Source of the DNA: Candidatus Indicimonas acetifermentans
Lineage (GTDB): Bacteria > Gemmatimonadota > Gemmatimonadetes > Palauibacterales > KS3-K002
Length of the DNA: 56,536 bases
Assembly (NCBI GenBank): GCA_947581815.1
Contig: CANPVX010000003.1
Location: 1 to 56,536, forward strand
Direction of reading: 5' to 3'
The translations under genes were made by a program, and so were the position numbers. Positions 52,811 through 56,536 of the stretch are shown in pieces. The notes below the pieces were generated by a model. That model searched no databases. It was not told where the DNA came from and saw nothing but the letters and a program-made list of their open reading frames with translations. The stretch's first letter is position 1. Every line of letters starts with the position of its first letter.

Positions 52811-53770
52811 GTGAAAGCAGGCCACATGACGATGAAAGCGCCGGGCAGGCGATCGAGAGTCGCCGTGATCGGTGTACCCATGGACCTCGGCTCCAACCTG
52901 CGTGGAGTCGATATGGGCCCCTCGGCGATCCGCATAGCCGGCGTGGTGGAGCAGCTGCGCGAGCTCGGCTGTCGAATCAAAGACTTCGGCAATGTCGCGG
53001 TCCCGCACGCTTCCGTGGTCGGGATAGGCTCGGCTAGTATGCGCTACGCCGAGCCGATAAAGATGACCTGTGAGTTGCTCGCCACGGCGATCGAGAGCTC
53101 GCTGGAGGACAGTCACACACCCGTGGTTCTGGGTGGCGACCATTCCATCGCGATGGGAACCCTCGCCGGCCTCGCCCGCTACGGTCTCAGCCGAAAAAGG
53201 AAGAAGCGGCGACGCTACGGACTCCTCTGGGTCGATGCCCATGCGGACGCCAACACACCGCGAACGACGCCCAGCGGGAACGTTCATGGGATGCCGCTGG
53301 CGGTCGCGTTGGGGCGGGGCGACAAGCGCTTCACCGAGCTCGGCGGCCCCGCGCCGATGATCGATGCTTCGAGTGCGGTCTTGCTCGCGGTGCGCGATGT
53401 CGATCTCGGGGAGCGGGATAACCTGCGGAAGCTGGGGCTGCGTGTGATCACGATGCGCGAGATCGACGAGCGCGGCGTTTTCGAGTGTACAACTGAGGCG
53501 CTCGACATAGTCAACGCGGGCACCGATGGCTTTCATCTTTCTGTCGATATGGATTGTCTCGACCCGCGGCTGGCACCCGGTGTGGGGACGCCAGTCCCCG
53601 GTGGCTTGACGGTCAGAGAGGCTCACCTCGTGATGGAACTCGTCGCCGACTCGCGCCAGATGGTGTCCTGCGAGTTCGTCGAGGTGAACCCCGTCATCGA
53701 TCAGCGTAACATGACAGCCGAGCTTGCAGCAGGGCTGATACGCTCAGCGTTGGGTGGGAAGATACTGTAG
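52811..53770 (+). CDS. Arginase (ureohydrolase family)
   Basis: Motifs VIGVPMDLG, GGDHSIAMG, WVDAHADANT, SGNVHGMPLA, LSVDMDCLDP and EVNP. The start is GTG 52811 or ATG 52826/52832. Confidence 0.9.
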   Translation: MKAGHMTMKAPGRRSRVAVIGVPMDLGSNLRGVDMGPSAIRIAGVVEQLRELGCRIKDFGNVAVPHASVVGIGSASMRYAEPIKMTCELLATAIESSLEDSHTPVVLGGDHSIAMGTLAGLARYGLSRKRKKRRRYGLLWVDAHADANTPRTTPSGNVHGMPLAVALGRGDKRFTELGGPAPMIDASSAVLLAVRDVDLGERDNLRKLGLRVITMREIDERGVFECTTEALDIVNAGTDGFHLSVDMDCLDPRLAPGVGTPVPGGLTVREAHLVMELVADSRQMVSCEFVEVNPVIDQRNMTAELAAGLIRSALGGKIL

Positions 53771-53785
53771 CGCGCGGGAGGAAGA

Positions 53786-54964
53786 TTGGAAGATCGAAAC
53801 GTTGTCGTCGCCTTGGCTTTAGTCGTGCTGGGCGCTATGGGTTGCGGCTCGGAGATAGGCCGAGGCCGCATCGTCTTCGATACCATCAACGGCGTCCCTT
53901 CCGTGATGAATCCGAATCGCGGCACACTAGGCGAACAGGTGCCGTGGCGGCTAGCCGAGCACTTGAGCGTCGGTTCTGAGGCGGAGTACGACGGTAAGAG
54001 CGTCATCTATGCTCTGGATGTGGGGATCATGCCGGACGGTGGGGTCGTTGTTCTCGACGCCGGCAACCAGCGGGTCCTGCGCTTCGGGAGGGAAGGTGAA
54101 TACTTGGGGTCATTCGGCAGCGAGGGGGAGGGGCCCGGGCAATTTCGAGTGCCGTTGTTGCTCGAGGTGGCCGACTCGCTGATCTACGTCGTCGACGCAG
54201 CGCAAAACCGGCTTCTCGCCTTCGATGAGAAGGGTGAGTTCCTTTCGAGCTTCGCGTTGGAGTTCGATGGCCTGGTGGGTACGTCACCGGCGTTCGCCGC
54301 CGGAGCCCCGGACGAAGTTTATCTGTTCGCGGAGCCGGCACCCTTCATGGAAGGCGCGAGGGATACGGGAAGCGCCGTGCTCTATCGCTTGGACGCCGCG
54401 GGCGCTATCCGCGATACCGTTCTGACGTTTCCCGCCGCCAACTGGACGCCTATCCAGCTGCCCTCGGGGCGCTTCACCTTCGCCAAGCCGCGGCTGATGC
54501 CTGAGCCGAGGTTCTCCGCCGAGGCTGGCGTCATCGCGGTCAATGCCACTGCCGGCTACGTGATCGAAATACGATCGCCTAGCGGAGAACCCATTCGCCG
54601 CGTGGCCCGTATGTATAGCCACACGCCGGTCACGCTCGAGCTCAAGGACAGCCTGCTCGAGCGGTTGTCCCAAGGCCCGAGCAAGCTGCCTCGCGAGGCT
54701 CTCGAGGCGGTGCCCTTCGCTCCCGTCGTGCCGGCGATCGAGGATGTCGTGCTCGATGATCGAGGCCGGCTATGGGTCGATGTCTACGTGCCGGGTGAAC
54801 CCACGCGGCTGGATATCTTCGATGAGGAGGGTCGCTTCCTGGGCCCACTGCGCCTTCCCGCGCCGCTGCGGCTGGAAGACGTGCGCGGCGACCTGGCCTG
54901 TGGAGTGCTGAGCGAGATGAGCGGCCAGGCCGCTGTCATGTGTTACAGGGTGGCGGATGGTTAG
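53786..54964 (+). CDS. Lipoprotein with NHL/6-bladed beta-propeller-like repeats
   Basis: TTG start preceded by GGGAGGAAG. Signal with ...LGAMGC. Repeated G..LGSFGSEGEGPGQF.P and DA.QNRLLAFD-type NHL-like units. Confidence 0.65.
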   Translation: MEDRNVVVALALVVLGAMGCGSEIGRGRIVFDTINGVPSVMNPNRGTLGEQVPWRLAEHLSVGSEAEYDGKSVIYALDVGIMPDGGVVVLDAGNQRVLRFGREGEYLGSFGSEGEGPGQFRVPLLLEVADSLIYVVDAAQNRLLAFDEKGEFLSSFALEFDGLVGTSPAFAAGAPDEVYLFAEPAPFMEGARDTGSAVLYRLDAAGAIRDTVLTFPAANWTPIQLPSGRFTFAKPRLMPEPRFSAEAGVIAVNATAGYVIEIRSPSGEPIRRVARMYSHTPVTLELKDSLLERLSQGPSKLPREALEAVPFAPVVPAIEDVVLDDRGRLWVDVYVPGEPTRLDIFDEEGRFLGPLRLPAPLRLEDVRGDLACGVLSEMSGQAAVMCYRVADG

Positions 54965-55008
54965 GCGACGACGCCAGCGCCGATCCCGCCTTGACTGTGC
55001 CGCCCGCT

Positions 55009-56079
55009 CTAGACCGCCTCCGCCGTCGGAGCCGCCGGCGCGCTCGATACCCTCATCACCGCCATGTATAGCGAGATCGGGATCAGCGCCAGCGTGAGGA
55101 AATAGAAGTCGGAGCCCGGGAGCACGGCGGCCGGCGCGAAGATGCCAATCAAAGAGGCGATCGTCACCGGAAGCAGCCCGACCAACACCCCGGCGAGCAT
55201 GAGGTTGAGTCCGTTGGCGTCCCGCTCCGCAGCAGTCGCCTTCACGTAGCTGTTCACCATTGCGACAACGGCGTAGCCGAAGTAGTAGACGATGAAGAGA
55301 CCGAAAAGCACGTTGACGAGCATGTTCAGCCCGCTCGTCGCGTCGGGCTGAGCGGCGATCAGGTAGACGATGAACAGGGATAGAAACGCCGCCGGCCCGT
55401 AGATGATCGCCCTCGCGAGACCCGTCTTAGCGAGGATAGGCTTCGGCTTCGGAAACTCCAGCATGAAAGCCAGCAGAAAGGCGAAACCGAAGAGGATCAA
55501 GACTATGCTCAGGGAATTGACCGTAGCGCGCAGCGCGTAGGACTGGAAGTACGGCCCAGCGAAGAATGCCAGCCCGAGACAAACACCTACGAGTGCGAGG
55601 TACAGCGCGCCCCTGCTCGCGCGCCTCATGTAAGGAAGAACTCCGAAGACCAGGAAGAAGTAGCCGATGAGCAACGACGCATAGCCGAGCGAGTTCGCCC
55701 TGGTTGAGAGCTGCGTGTAGGCCACTTCGATGTTCTCGACCTCGGGTCCGGCTTCCGCAGCCGCGAGCTGGGTATCGGCCCTGCGCTCGACGACGATGAC
55801 GCGCACCTCGCCGATCTCCGCCCGCGGGCGATGGGCGATCGCCTTCGCATCCTTTACAGAGATGCCGCCGATGCTCGTGATGTAATCGCCCACCTGCAGT
55901 CCCGCCTTTTCCGCTGGGCTACTTGGATAAATCTTCGTGACCGTGTTATTGCCGTCGGTGGAGTAGCCGGCGTATGGCACGTTCGGCTGGTCCCTCAAGC
56001 CGAGTATGCCCCAGATAGCCACCACCACGGCCGCGAGCAGAGTCAGGTTCTTGCCAGTGCCGCTTGCTTGATCCGACAT
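55009..56079 (-). CDS. Membrane protein with an N-terminal PDZ domain and a polytopic C-terminal domain, unknown function
   Basis: ATG 56079 is preceded by GGAGGCG. TM followed by PDZ (SPAEKAGLQVGDYITSIGGISV), then ~7 hydrophobic helices. Confidence 0.7.
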   Translation of the reverse strand: MSDQASGTGKNLTLLAAVVVAIWGILGLRDQPNVPYAGYSTDGNNTVTKIYPSSPAEKAGLQVGDYITSIGGISVKDAKAIAHRPRAEIGEVRVIVVERRADTQLAAAEAGPEVENIEVAYTQLSTRANSLGYASLLIGYFFLVFGVLPYMRRASRGALYLALVGVCLGLAFFAGPYFQSYALRATVNSLSIVLILFGFAFLLAFMLEFPKPKPILAKTGLARAIIYGPAAFLSLFIVYLIAAQPDATSGLNMLVNVLFGLFIVYYFGYAVVAMVNSYVKATAAERDANGLNLMLAGVLVGLLPVTIASLIGIFAPAAVLPGSDFYFLTLALIPISLYMAVMRVSSAPAAPTAEAV

Positions 56080-56472
56080 CGGTCGCCTCCCGCCGAGGTG
56101 AGGTACGGATGCTTCGCTTAGGAAGCGGAGCTTCGCTCCGCGCTGCACTCTGAGTGGGCGTGTGCGAGGAAAGGGGGGGGAGCCGTGCGAGTCGCCCCCA
56201 GCCCCCAACCCGCTGGTGCTATGGCGTACCAGACCGGGCCGGCAGCTTACGCAAGTTCATGTAGTCTGCCGTACCCTGATCGACTCTTGGCTGCGCTGAG
56301 AATAGGCCTCGCAATATGCGCCGCTGCTCCGTCCCGAGCAACTTGCCCGCGCCCGCGGCGCCCGCCCCCGAAGATCGTGCGACCCTTCCCCCGGGGTGGG
56401 CATCACTAGGACAACGCGTGGTCGGGAGTCTCAACCGCGGCGCACATCACCCTTGGATCTAACGCTCGGAGC

Positions 56473-56536
56473 ATGGAGGAACGCATGTACTCGAACCTCG
56501 CCATAGTCATTCTGCTCAGTATCGTGATGGCCGCGT
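56473..56536 (+). CDS. Start of an unidentified gene (hydrophobic N-terminus), truncated by the window end
   Basis: ATGGAGGAACGCATG... reads MEERMYSNLAIVILLSIVMAA and stays open to the window end. The call rests only on hydrophobic character. Confidence 0.3.
   Translation, partial: MEERMYSNLAIVILLSIVMAA

Noticed and set aside
1-56536. CRISPR arrays, tandem or interspersed repeats, tRNA/rRNA genes, transposases, integrases, phage or plasmid genes, and recognisable defence-system genes.
   Set aside because: None could be found by eye in the intergenic regions or among the translated ORFs. Gene content and uniformly high GC, apart from short promoter regions, argue for core chromosome rather than an accessory island.

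Overview
This is a high-GC bacterial chromosomal segment with about 55 tightly packed protein-coding genes on both strands. Many gene pairs have 4-nt start/stop overlaps or very short gaps. I found no rRNA, tRNA, CRISPR array, transposase, integrase or phage genes.

The content is housekeeping and metabolic, with a strong bias toward envelope and secreted functions:
- Peptidases and related hydrolases: two M61-type, S9, M55, M20, gamma-glutamyltransferase, and a TolB-like/amidohydrolase giant.
- Outer-membrane proteins: three OprO/P-like porin paralogs, an Omp85-like barrel, and a PAP2 phosphatase fused to a beta-barrel.
- Transport: an osmoprotectant ABC transporter, NhaC, ZIP and MscS.
- Other genes: rpsU, an archease-RtcB RNA-ligase pair, arginase, SurE, an ECF sigma factor, YdbS/YdbT-like PH-domain proteins, and a fused homocysteine methyltransferase/MTHFR gene.

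I do not see a clear-cut new multi-gene system such as a defence island or mobile element. The observations most worth following up are:
1. A translationally coupled methyltransferase/flavoprotein/SRPBCC/ketosynthase cassette with no ACP.
2. A candidate SAM-type pseudoknot riboswitch with terminator and a G-quadruplex motif in the leader of the yitJ-like gene.
3. A low-GC intergenic islet carrying a perfect Shine-Dalgarno sequence and a 20-codon hydrophobic ORF.
4. About 190 nt of structured non-coding sequence ending in a strong intrinsic terminator directly upstream of rpsU.
5. A +1 frameshift that splits the MscS gene.
6. The PAP2/beta-barrel fusion and the metalloprotease/Omp85-like pair.

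All functional calls rest on motif recognition by eye. No database search was run.
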